DNA of 64,000 nt from the NCBI GenBank assembly GCA_000165345.1, contig CM000436.1:1248001-1312000 (forward strand). The letters are read 5' to 3'. Position 1 is the stretch's first letter, and each line of letters begins with the position of its first letter. The notes beneath the pieces are model-generated. The model searched no databases. It saw nothing but the letters and a program-made list of their open reading frames with translations, and was not told the origin of the DNA. This document shows positions 21,689-31,865 of this stretch, in pieces. A program made the position numbers and the translations under genes.

Positions 21689-21912
21689 TTTTTAAGACTT
21701 ACTAATTTCTTAATCGCAGCTTAATTTTCCTTAATCGACCAAGGTTTAGGCTTAATGTGGACTAATTTTACAAAAATCCGAGCATCCTGCATTGTCTGGT
21801 ATTGATAGTCAAATGCATGCAAACTTGGAAATCAGCAATTTTTGCGAACTAAAAAATTACCAGGAATTTAAAGTTGTTCATAGAAAAAAGTTTAAAGTTA
21901 TTATAATTATAA

Positions 21913-22833
21913 ATGAAGGAAACACAAGATGAATCAAAAATGTGGTCTGGAACGCGTAATAATGATTTTGAAATATCACCAGAAATAAAAGAACAAAGTC
22001 AAACTTTGAGCCAGCAAAAACATTCAAAAAGAGTTAAGAACTGTCTGACTTACTTGTTAGTTGCAGCTTTTACAACTATTGCTCTGATTTTAATCTTTGT
22101 AATTTTTGACAAAAATGGAAGAAATCCTATCCAGGTTTATTTCCAAGGTGTTTTCCCCTCAAAATCTGGTGAAAGAGAGATATTCAATCCAAGCTTACAG
22201 AAAGTAGCTGATGGGCACAGCTTTATGGAGAAGAGTGTGACTTCTGAATACGATAATGGTTCTGAAAAGAGTAATAAAATTGCTCATACTTATGATTCTG
22301 GGCATTATCAATCAGTATTAGAATTATATATGAATAGGCTCTTTGTTACTCCTTTGAATAAGATGAGTTTAACAGTCCCAATTAATGATCAAGTACTTAG
22401 AAGTTATCAAGTTGAAGCCATTGATTATTCAATAGATGATGAAATGATTTTGTATCTTTCTTTAGAACACCAACTTAAAATAAATAATGAAACTATGGTT
22501 TTATATGATAAATCCATGAATGTTATTAGCCATTTTCCAACTTATGAAGATGAAGAAGGTACCGAAAAGAAGAATATCAAACAAGGATCAAATAACCAGA
22601 AAAGTAGTAATACAGAAAATAAGCTCAGAAACAATGAGAATAAAAGACATTTACAGCAATTACAACAGCATGAATACTATAACTATACATCTACATCGGA
22701 ATGGAATCATAAGCCAGAAGTTGTTAATAATATTATTCCAACATATTATCCTAGGAATCCTTATGTTCCACCATATGGAAATCCTTATTATTTTGCCCCA
22801 AATATACTAGTTCCTTATGTATATATTTATTAA
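21913..22833 (+). CDS. Hypothetical type-II (signal-anchor) membrane protein
   Basis: 306-aa ATG ORF. A single TM lies at residues about 45-65 (LTYLLVAAFTTIALILIFVIF) after a charged N-terminus. The luminal part is N/Q-rich, and the C-terminus is P/Y-rich (NPYVPPYGNPYYFAPNILVPYVYIY). Confidence 0.4.
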   Translation: MKETQDESKMWSGTRNNDFEISPEIKEQSQTLSQQKHSKRVKNCLTYLLVAAFTTIALILIFVIFDKNGRNPIQVYFQGVFPSKSGEREIFNPSLQKVADGHSFMEKSVTSEYDNGSEKSNKIAHTYDSGHYQSVLELYMNRLFVTPLNKMSLTVPINDQVLRSYQVEAIDYSIDDEMILYLSLEHQLKINNETMVLYDKSMNVISHFPTYEDEEGTEKKNIKQGSNNQKSSNTENKLRNNENKRHLQQLQQHEYYNYTSTSEWNHKPEVVNNIIPTYYPRNPYVPPYGNPYYFAPNILVPYVYIY

Positions 22834-22906
22834 GAGTATTACCAATACAATAAAATGAGAATTAATTAGATTTCTTTTCATTTAGGCACGATTTATCTCA
22901 ATAATC

Positions 22907-23431
22907 TTAATAACTTCTGATAGCTTTATTAACCATAAGCTCAATTTTGGATAAAATATCATCATTTAATAGCTGAAGCTGACCAGCTGGAGCTAATATA
23001 TGTAAAACTATGAGAATATCATTAGCTACTAATTCCTTTCCAGACTGAATAAATTTTTCGCTCCAATCTACTACAAAGTCTAAAGTTGATTTACCCCTTA
23101 AAGAGAAAGTCTCCTTATTTATTACCATAATAAAAATTACACCAAGCTGCTCAGAGATTCTCCAGAGAGAGCTAAACCTCCTATATAAGGTATCCTGAAA
23201 ATGGCAAATGCCTTCATATCTTATGGGGTTAAACATTGAGATCTGACGAATTATGGAATTTAATACATTTTGCCTGAAGTCCTCAGAGTCTAAATCAGTT
23301 TCATAAATGTTACTCAGTGAAATCTGCTTTGGAACCCAAGATTTACGTTCATATATACTTTCAAAAATCCGGATACCAAGATCAGAAAATACATCACTGT
23401 TATTCAAAGGGAGCACATAGAAACACTTCAT
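22907..23431 (-). CDS. Hypothetical 174-aa protein, possibly longin/roadblock-like
   Basis: ATG-initiated compact globular ORF. Any longin-like fold is only a weak guess based on alternating hydrophobic patterns. Confidence 0.35.
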   Translation of the reverse strand: MKCFYVLPLNNSDVFSDLGIRIFESIYERKSWVPKQISLSNIYETDLDSEDFRQNVLNSIIRQISMFNPIRYEGICHFQDTLYRRFSSLWRISEQLGVIFIMVINKETFSLRGKSTLDFVVDWSEKFIQSGKELVANDILIVLHILAPAGQLQLLNDDILSKIELMVNKAIRSY

Positions 23432-23720
23432 TTATTATAAATAATTTGTGTAATCTAAATGTGGCGCCAATAATAGAGCAAAGATTAATAATTCACTGTA
23501 AATTCGGAATATAAAGTTGGAAAATATCATTTATAATATTCTATTTTGAATACTTTAGGACATTTTGAGAGTAACTTGAGAAGATATTGGTTGTGAATAA
23601 GTGTTTTAACATCCAACAGTTTCTTGAAGTGGATTTGTTTAGTTGAATTCCAAGTTTGGAACAAAGAATTTGTGGTATTCTAGAAACATAACCTCGAGGT
23701 ATTGTAAACTGGACCAAGTG

Positions 23721-24212
23721 TTATGGATCTTGAAGAATTGTTTTGTTCTTTTTTTCATAATCTTCTTTGTATTGGTTAATCCTATCAACCAAATCTTTGA
23801 CATTAGATGAAAAATCCTTTAGATTCTCTGCTAGAATGTCATTTTCCCTCTCTTTATTCTTTCTGTTTTCAATTTCTACGTACTTACTGATTTCATCTCG
23901 TCTAACATTATCCGCCTTGTTTAGAAGCCGGTAATAAGCCTCGCTCTTCATTGAAATAATTCTTAATAAATTAGCCCTAATCTTCTCTAGAATTTGGATC
24001 CTCTCTCTCAAAGATTCATCATTAAAACTTTTAGGATCAGAATTGAACTCATTCTCTATTGCTTTTCTCTTGCCAATATGCTCATCGATTAAGCTTTTTA
24101 AATCGATTCTGTCTTGAACAATTTTTGCTCTGATCCTTTTCTCCAAAACCGGCGAAATATCCGTATCTAAGACGCACTTTCTGCCAGATTTCCTCCTATT
24201 ATTAGAATACAT
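23721..24212 (-). CDS. Hypothetical coiled-coil protein
   Basis: 163-aa ATG ORF that is K/E/R-rich with heptad periodicity throughout (RIQILEKIRANLLRIISMKSEAYYRLLNKADNVRRDEISKYVEIENRKNKERE). Confidence 0.35.
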   Translation of the reverse strand: MYSNNRRKSGRKCVLDTDISPVLEKRIRAKIVQDRIDLKSLIDEHIGKRKAIENEFNSDPKSFNDESLRERIQILEKIRANLLRIISMKSEAYYRLLNKADNVRRDEISKYVEIENRKNKERENDILAENLKDFSSNVKDLVDRINQYKEDYEKKNKTILQDP

Positions 24213-24672
24213 TGTGCCAAGTTAGTATTTAAGGCGATAAACTGTATTCTTATAGATCTAGTTCAATCGGCTTTCTTAAAGTCATATGTTTGCTTCTAAT
24301 TCTGTCCTGAATTAATTATTGGTTCTACCTCTTCTCCGGGAATTATCTGCCAACCTAAGCTGTTTAAATTTAATAAGTAAAAGTTCTAGATAGTTTCTGA
24401 ATTTCCTCCCTATTTTCTCTGCTTTGTTCTTAACTAATAATAAAATAATGTTAAGACTAGATGGCGCCAAAATGTTAATTAGGCAAATTAATAAAGGCAT
24501 GAAAATAAAGTAAATGTGTATTTATGAGCAGTTTGGTATTTTCTCAATATTGAATTAGGAGGTTAGAATTTAAAATCCTGCCAAATCAACTTCATATCCT
24601 GAATTATATATTTCCTGGCTTTTTAATGTATTTAACTTCTAATTCTAAATTAAATTTCAAACTCCCACAAGC

Positions 24673-25827
24673 ATGAGTGCATTAAGGCTTGATAGTTTTG
24701 AGTTTGAAGAAAATGAAGAGCAAAGAAAGGGCAGTTTTGATGGTTCTAATTCTCTACATACTGATTGGTCACTTTCTTCGGATGGCGTATCTTTACTGCA
24801 TAAAAGTACGGGTGTGCATATTACGCATGAAGGTACAAAAGGTCTTGAGTCAGACTATGGTCTTGGAGATATTTACGTATCATTTGGGGATTTTGAGGTT
24901 AATCCAACTCCGTTAGGTCATGGAAGAAGTTCGGTAGTATTTAGTGCAATCCATAAATTATCAGGTAAAATTGTGGCTATAAAAGATATTTATGTAGGAG
25001 ATATTTTGCATCAATCTCAGCTCTCTGCAGAAATACATTCCTGGAGGTTAACTAGCTACTGCCCTTTATTAGTACAATTTCTTGGTGCTTTTATTAAACC
25101 TAACAAAAGTGTAGTATGTTTAGTTATGGAATACATGGAGTTTGGTACTTTAAGTGACATACTTTATAAAAATTTGAATAGAAATCTTCAAAGTAATGAG
25201 ACCCCAGAAGGAGTCAATGAAAACTTTCTGAAATTTATCTCAATACAAATGGTAGATGGACTTGCATATCTTCATCAGAATAACAGAATACACAGGGATG
25301 TAAAATTAAATAACATTCTTATTAATCAGGATGGAGCAGTAAAAATCAGTGATTTTGGAATTTCAAAGCTCATTGACCAAAATACTACTAAAGACCATAA
25401 TAAAAATGTATCCACTTTTGTTGGAACCCAGATATACATGAGTCCTGAAAGATTACAAGGTAAATCATACTCTTTTTCTAGTGATATCTGGAGCCTTGGA
25501 ATTTGTATTTATGAACTAGCTGTGGGAACTCACCCCTTCAAAAACCTTAGTCTGTTCGACATGGTTTATATTTTATGTGAAGATAATACAGAAAATGGAG
25601 AGCCACTACCATTTCTGGAGAAAATAATAAAAAGATGCCCTTTGCCAGAACACTTACACAAAAACCCAGACTTTTATGCCTTTCTCAAGGGATGCCTAGA
25701 GCTAGACCCTTTAAAACGTCTCACTGCACTCCAACTCCAAGGCCTCAAATGGCTAAATTTTGGTACCTGCAATCGCTATGAATTCTTAGCTTGGTTACAA
25801 CAAATTCAAAAAATAGATAGCAATTAG
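24673..25827 (+). CDS. Dual-specificity MAP kinase kinase (MEK/STE7)-like protein kinase
   Basis: The Gly loop is LGHGRSSVV and the catalytic lysine sits in KIVAIKDI. The catalytic loop is [11 protein letters not shown], followed by DFG. The activation segment [43 protein letters not shown] tracks MEK1 [41 protein letters not shown]. Confidence 0.7.
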   Translation: [384 protein letters not shown]

Positions 25828-25848
25828 GAATGCGTCCAACGTTGCGGG

Positions 25849-25921
25849 GGGCTCGTGGTGCAGTGGTAGCTACGTGTGCTTTGCATGCACAAGGTCCCGG
25901 GTTCAATTCCCGGCGGGTCCA
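25849..25921 (+). tRNA. tRNA-Ala (anticodon UGC)
   Basis: The acceptor GGGCTCG/CGGGTCC carries a G3:U70 pair, the alanine identity element. The anticodon stem TGTGC/GCACA has loop TTTGCAT, giving anticodon TGC. The T arm is CCGGGTTCAATTCCCGG and the discriminator is A. A T6 terminator follows immediately. Confidence 0.85.
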
Positions 25922-26242
25922 CTTTTTTGTGAATCAACGTTTTTCATAAACTGAGATGGCGCTAGAATCAAAATATTTATACCATAGAAATTAATTCAAA
26001 TTAATTTTTGACAATAAGCTTTAGAATTAGCAATTTTGATTCTATCATATGACAATTCACTGAAACGATAATTGTTTTATTTTACAAATTTTCCTATTCT
26101 TCATTCTCCCACAATTTAATTTGTTATATTAGTTTGTATGTAAAGTTATATTTACATGACTTGCAATAAAAGATATTCAGTCTAAAAGAAAGCCATTGTA
26201 TCTTTTTATTTAATCAGATTATATATAGAATTTATTAATGCT

Positions 26243-27010
26243 ATGGATTCGAAAAAAATAAAGAAACTAAACAAGAAAAAAGCAAAAGGAACTCTTGTAA
26301 ACACCTCTATTTATGTCCAAGGGCTTCCAAAAGATATAACTTTTGAAGAGATGAAATATTTTTTTGGTAGGGGAGGTATCATAAAAATTGACCCAACAAC
26401 TTTGTCTCCAAAGATTAAATTATACAATGATGAGCTTACCAAAGAATTTTCTGGAAATGCTTTAGTTGTTTATAAATATGAACAAAGTATTGAATTAGCT
26501 CTCAAGTACCTAAATGAAACCGAAATTAGACCTGGATTTAAAGTCAAAATTGAAAAGGCAATATTCAACAAGTCATCCAAATCAAATATTGCTCCATTAT
26601 CTGAAACTGAAATTAATAAAAAAAGAAAGCAACTAAAAGCAGCAGAAATGGAAGAGGAAAGACTTTTATCTTGGAGTAACGAACAACATTCACTAAATAG
26701 CAACATTGCTTCCAGAATAGTTGTTCTTAGACCAATGTATTCTAGAAAAGAAGCTGAAATGTACCCTGAGGGGGATGACTTCTACAGTGAACTAGAAATA
26801 GAAGTTCAGGAAGAGGTAACCAAATATTGTGAGGTAGTAAGTGTTACATGTATTCCTAGACATCCACAGGGAATTGTTTGTGTCAAATTAAAATCCCAAC
26901 ATGATGCTGAAATTGTTATCGATATTTTTAATCAAAGATACTTTGATGGCAGACAAATTGAAGTTCACATGTACGACGGAAGCACCGACTTCAAGGCATC
27001 TTGTATTTAG
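26243..27010 (+). CDS. Tat-SF1 / CUS2-like U2 snRNP-associated splicing factor, with an RRM plus a C-terminal UHM-type RRM
   Basis: IYVQGLPKDITFEEMKYFFGRGGIIKIDPTT...KIKLYNDE...GNALVVYKYEQSIELALKYLNETEIRPGFKVKIEKAIF parallels HTATSF1 VYVSGLPPDITVDEFIQLMSKFGII...KVKLYKDN...GDGLCCYLKRESVELALKLLDEDEIRGYKLHVEVAKF. The second domain is VVLRPMY...HPQGIVCVKLKSQHDAEIVIDIFNQRYFDGRQIEVHMYDGSTDF. Confidence 0.7.
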   Translation: MDSKKIKKLNKKKAKGTLVNTSIYVQGLPKDITFEEMKYFFGRGGIIKIDPTTLSPKIKLYNDELTKEFSGNALVVYKYEQSIELALKYLNETEIRPGFKVKIEKAIFNKSSKSNIAPLSETEINKKRKQLKAAEMEEERLLSWSNEQHSLNSNIASRIVVLRPMYSRKEAEMYPEGDDFYSELEIEVQEEVTKYCEVVSVTCIPRHPQGIVCVKLKSQHDAEIVIDIFNQRYFDGRQIEVHMYDGSTDFKASCI

Positions 27011-27272
27011 CCTCCATACATTGTTGATTATTATAGTATTCATAATAGCTTTTTCATACCTAGCTTATCGCCATAAATAATTATTTAATGATATCTAAAT
27101 CACTTCCTACATATAGTAATATAAGAAATTATAGTTTTCGTTCATCAATCTTAAATAAGGAAAAACAATTTAGGAAATGTCAACACAGAAACCAAGAGCC
27201 CGCCAAAAGCTACCAAGTGAGGAATTTTAGAGGTTGATTAACCTAAAGAAAAAAAATTTTAATAATAAAGAA

Positions 27273-28154
27273 ATGGAAATGAAGGGATTGCTGAAGGTGT
27301 GTGTTTATATTGTACTTTCTCTAGAACTTGTTGAGAAGTTATACTTGATCTCTGCAGGAAATATTTTAAAAACGAGACATGAAGAACCTGTTGTTAGAAG
27401 TACAGATACTCACTGGGATGACGAACATAGGTTAGAAAAGCCAACTATATCGGATCAAAGTATTGACGCAATTGATTTAGATCATATTTTTGATATTGAG
27501 GAGTCTGATAGCTCTCCTGAAGATATTAAAAAGGGTAACTTCTTACTTGAATGGCTTAGAGAAATGAAGACTTTCATACCGTCAAACCACTTTGTGTTCG
27601 ATCTCAATTCTAAAGCCGATGAGTACTTCTATTTTGAACTAGATGAAGCCAATCCATACATCCTACTTGGTTACTATTGTACTGACGACACCCAAGGTAG
27701 AATCCATGTCACAATCAATAACCCAGAATCAAAACGAATTTATAGTAGACACGGCTGTGAAGGAGTATACAATAATAAACCTCCAGAAGATGGTTCAGAT
27801 GATGGGAAAATGGACCACCGTATTAAGGGAACTTATACTGTCATTCTTTCTAATCACCGTTGGCATGATACTATTCGTATATCTCTACTTGTAGGTAATG
27901 ACTCAAAAAAAAATAAAGCTGTCGACAAAAAAAATGTAGATAAACTGACTTCAAAGCTAGAAAATGTTGATAATATCTTAAGTATAATAAATACAGAAAA
28001 CCAATATAATTGGGCTGCCACAAAAACCAACTTAAATATGATTTATAATGCAGACAGTCAACTTGTCTTTTATACTGCCATTCAAATCATTTCTGTAATT
28101 CTTGCCTCAGCTATCCAAATTTACTATCTTAAAACTATCCTAACCGGTAAATAA
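27273..28154 (+). CDS. p24 / emp24 / gp25L family cargo receptor (GOLD domain). The true ATG is at 27273; the track start at 27234 is TTG.
   Basis: A signal peptide (MEMKGLLKVCVYIVLSLELV) is followed by a beta-rich luminal domain, a K/E-rich coiled-coil segment, and a single C-terminal TM with a short tail (QLVFYTAIQIISVILASAIQIYYLKTILTGK). The QIYYLK motif plus short tail is the p24-family signature. Confidence 0.55.
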   Translation: MEMKGLLKVCVYIVLSLELVEKLYLISAGNILKTRHEEPVVRSTDTHWDDEHRLEKPTISDQSIDAIDLDHIFDIEESDSSPEDIKKGNFLLEWLREMKTFIPSNHFVFDLNSKADEYFYFELDEANPYILLGYYCTDDTQGRIHVTINNPESKRIYSRHGCEGVYNNKPPEDGSDDGKMDHRIKGTYTVILSNHRWHDTIRISLLVGNDSKKNKAVDKKNVDKLTSKLENVDNILSIINTENQYNWAATKTNLNMIYNADSQLVFYTAIQIISVILASAIQIYYLKTILTGK

Positions 28155-28495
28155 ACAACAAAACTTGAAGAAGAATTTGTCTATCCAAATTAGAAATAAA
28201 TTCTCTAATATATTTCAATTCTACCCCAAACCTAAACATGTTTAACTATAAATTACACACTAACTAATAGGTCTGAATTCAATTATTTTCATACTTTGCC
28301 TTAGTTTTATCTCTCTTACAAGCTTTTGGATCTTTTTTTTTGCAATATTTGATACCTAATAATTGCCTGGCCGTGGCGCCAAAATGTCAGTTATTTGTGA
28401 GTAATGCTCAAAAAACGCGGTAATGTCCAAAATGCTAAAAAATTATGGAATGAATTAACAGATTAATTTATCTATATAGAATATTACTGAGGATT

Positions 28496-31400
28496 ATGTT
28501 GTTGAGAATGGCCAAACAAAATAGTTCTGTATGCAGCATTCCTCAGAATAAGGTTAAGTCTGCCATTTATAAAGGAGTTATTAGAGTCGCAAATCCTTTG
28601 GAAAGCTTTGTCACTGTAGATGATCAAGTAAATGGCCCGTTTGATATTTATATTTTTGGGCAAAAAGGTACAAAAGATGCAATTCATGGAGATACTGTAT
28701 TAGTGAAAGTTTCTGAGACTTTCCAAGGGAGGCTTACTAGGAGATTTAAAGAAAAGGCAAATAAAAAATCGCTACAGAGTAACCAGGAGGAACAGAAATA
28801 TGTTGCCTATACCTCCAATTCTAAAGAATTTAATGACCAATTTGAACATTTTAATAGTTTGGAAGATTCTAATTCTATAGATAATTGCAAAAAAGACAAT
28901 TTGGATAGCTCCCAGAAAAGCAAATATACGACAACAAATATAAATCGAGGTCTAAATAAAGAAAACATTAATACTGAAAATCATCCTGAACTATTAGCTG
29001 AGTCTAGCTCTCAATCAAAACATCCAATTCCAAAGTATGTTGGAACTATAATTAAAGTTGTTGAATCAGTTACAAAAAAGAGCCCAATAGTAGGTTTTAT
29101 CCGCCCTTTATCATACCTTGAAAGACTTGAGAAAGAGGCTAAAATGAAGAAGAATTCCAAAAAATCTGGAAAAAAACCTTCTTCTAAGTCTACTGAAGAA
29201 TTAAAAATTCAAAATTGCCTCAAAGTAATAGGTATCAATGACAATGAAGCGAAACTCAGAACTTTGGTATTTTCAAATTGTGCTGATATTAAAAAAAACA
29301 AACTTTGTTTCGTTCCTATTAAAAGAGTTTACCCAATAATGAGGTTAAATCTAAACAGAAATACTAAAGAATTCTTTGTCAAAAATAATATCATTCAAAA
29401 TCACAAAATACCTTGTAACTTGCTTTTTGGTGCTTCAATTAAAATATGTTCAAAAAGTGTAAACAAGAAATTGCAGATATCCAAGTTTTATGGATCTTGT
29501 AATAAATTTGAAACTATTTTTTCAAGCTTATTAGACTGCTATGATCTGGGTTCTCATGAGAAAATATATGATAAATATCAAAATACCCGAATTAATGTTT
29601 CAAAATCTTCTCAAGAATGGATGAAACAAAACAATCGAAGAGAGTTTGATTCAAAGGAATATAAAATCTTTACTATTGATCCACCAACTGCTAAAGATTT
29701 AGATGATGCAATACATATTAAATATGATAGTGAATTAATGATTTATGAAGTTGGAGTCCATATTGCCGATGTATATTACTATATGTTAAGACATAAAGAA
29801 TTACTTTCAAGTACAACAAAAGAGCTTTGTACAAGTGTATACCTTCCCCATACTAATTTTCCAATGCTTCCACGTGTATTTTCTAGTAATTTATGCTCTC
29901 TTCTTCCAAACCAAAAAAGGCCAACATTATCTGTAATTATCAAGGTTAACCAAAAAGGAGAAGTCATAGGAGAGCCAGAATTTGTTCATGGAATTATAAC
30001 ATCTACTGGAAAGTTTTCTTATGATGATGTTGATCAATTATTTGAAATTGTTGACCAAATTGATAAAAAAAACAAAAAGTCTAAATTGGACACGTTAAAA
30101 TATTGCCAAGACAGTAGAATTTCCCAAATTATGAAAAGGTCTACAGTAAAAGAAAATAATAGAATAAATATTGTACATGATTTATTGCTTTTAAGGACTT
30201 TAACTAGCATTATTCAAAACTCCAAAGATAGAAGTGACTCAATCAAGTTATTCAATGTTGATCCTTGTTTTAACTTTAAGAGTGAATTTCCTACCAATAT
30301 TACTGAACCATTTAATTTAGTTAAAAGTAATGATTCATTTAGCTCTATGAAATATAGCTCAATTATTCCAAATATAGAGTTAAAATTTGATATCCAAAGT
30401 CCAATACCAAATTCCTTGGAAAAAATTTCTCCAAAGAGAATCACAGTTTGTTATAATCACTCTATATCTCATTCTTTAATAGAAGAATTAATGCTACTAG
30501 CTAATAGAGTAACTGCTGAGTTCACTGTTAAGAACAGACCAGAATCAGGTTGTATTATCAGAATACATGATGAAATTGCAAATACAAAACTATATCAGTT
30601 GATTACTTATTTAAGAAAACATGGACTTAAGCATATATTTGAGGATAACATCAATAGAGAAAATATTGTTAATGGCCTATATAAACTTTATAAGGATTAT
30701 GGACCTCTTTATTACTGTACTGTAAGTGAAATGCTTCGAGATATTTTTAGTAGAGCCAGATATATGGTTTATAATAAAGATGCGCGAGATTCAAACATCC
30801 CAACTAATCACTTTGCTCTAAATATGAACTTATATACACATTTTACTTCTCCAATACGTAGAGCTGCTGATATCCTAGTACATCAAATGGTATATGATAT
30901 TTTGGATAATATGGAAAAGAGACCCGACAAGAAAAACAAACAAAATTCAAAGAATAATAATAATCAACTTATCTTCTCGGAAAATGATCATGTTATTATT
31001 TGCGATAACTCAAACATAAAATCAAATGCAAACAAAAATATGCAGAGAGACTCAAATAATATCTTTTTTTCCCAACTAATTTCAAAAATTCATGTCACTA
31101 TTCCAAGTATTGCTTGTATTCACAAGATCAATGCTAGTAATCTAAAGGTTCATTCTGTATTGCTTTATCCCACAGACTTCTATCAATTATTCCTTATTAG
31201 CTCAGATTCTTTTGCTAAAAACAATTCTCTGGTTTCCTTATTAAAATTGAATCCATCATTACCTATCAATATTAAATCTAAAGACAATAAAATCGAACTT
31301 TATTGGAAATTCAATCAGGATCGCTTAAAAGATACATTAAAAAAGCTAAAAACTTCAAAAAAATTGAATATCCTATCATACTTGGATATGATTAATAATC

Positions 31401-31591
31401 GAATGAATAATCAATTTCAACACAAATTAACTTTTAACCAAGAAAATAAACTAATTGTGCAAACTATTGGAATATGGTCATACCTCCCAGTTAATCTTAT
31501 CCCCACTACAACCCTACCTCCTAAGTTCATTGTTGTCCCAATGAATCCGCTAAGTCATTACTTTTATGAACAAATCTCAAATTTTAACTAG
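28496..31591 (+). CDS. RNB-domain 3-prime to 5-prime exoribonuclease (RNase II / Dis3 / Dis3L2 / Ssd1 family)
   Basis: 1031-aa ATG ORF. The RNB catalytic motif IFTIDPPTAKDLDDAIHIKY...VGVHIADVYYYM matches DPxxAxDxDDA. It is followed by LCSLLPNQKRPTLSV and later RNB-region motifs. Confidence 0.75.
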   Translation: MLLRMAKQNSSVCSIPQNKVKSAIYKGVIRVANPLESFVTVDDQVNGPFDIYIFGQKGTKDAIHGDTVLVKVSETFQGRLTRRFKEKANKKSLQSNQEEQKYVAYTSNSKEFNDQFEHFNSLEDSNSIDNCKKDNLDSSQKSKYTTTNINRGLNKENINTENHPELLAESSSQSKHPIPKYVGTIIKVVESVTKKSPIVGFIRPLSYLERLEKEAKMKKNSKKSGKKPSSKSTEELKIQNCLKVIGINDNEAKLRTLVFSNCADIKKNKLCFVPIKRVYPIMRLNLNRNTKEFFVKNNIIQNHKIPCNLLFGASIKICSKSVNKKLQISKFYGSCNKFETIFSSLLDCYDLGSHEKIYDKYQNTRINVSKSSQEWMKQNNRREFDSKEYKIFTIDPPTAKDLDDAIHIKYDSELMIYEVGVHIADVYYYMLRHKELLSSTTKELCTSVYLPHTNFPMLPRVFSSNLCSLLPNQKRPTLSVIIKVNQKGEVIGEPEFVHGIITSTGKFSYDDVDQLFEIVDQIDKKNKKSKLDTLKYCQDSRISQIMKRSTVKENNRINIVHDLLLLRTLTSIIQNSKDRSDSIKLFNVDPCFNFKSEFPTNITEPFNLVKSNDSFSSMKYSSIIPNIELKFDIQSPIPNSLEKISPKRITVCYNHSISHSLIEELMLLANRVTAEFTVKNRPESGCIIRIHDEIANTKLYQLITYLRKHGLKHIFEDNINRENIVNGLYKLYKDYGPLYYCTVSEMLRDIFSRARYMVYNKDARDSNIPTNHFALNMNLYTHFTSPIRRAADILVHQMVYDILDNMEKRPDKKNKQNSKNNNNQLIFSENDHVIICDNSNIKSNANKNMQRDSNNIFFSQLISKIHVTIPSIACIHKINASNLKVHSVLLYPTDFYQLFLISSDSFAKNNSLVSLLKLNPSLPINIKSKDNKIELYWKFNQDRLKDTLKKLKTSKKLNILSYLDMINNRMNNQFQHKLTFNQENKLIVQTIGIWSYLPVNLIPTTTLPPKFIVVPMNPLSHYFYEQISNFN

Positions 31592-31865
31592 TACTAAATT
31601 GAATCTTCATATATTACAAATCTGTCCGCATTTTACATTTTGCAAAATCCCCGCCTAACCCACTACAGTGGCGCCCTAGTTTTAAGCGCCAGGCATGTAA
31701 AAGAAGTTCGTATTGACGTAAATAAAGTTGGGAAGGATTTGAAAATAGACAATAAAAAAAAAAAAGTATATATAGTTATATAATACGTTGTGCAAACCTT
31801 TGATAATATTTCATTATATATAGGGAGAACTAGCTTTATAGAGAATTTTTGAAAGTTATATTGAA

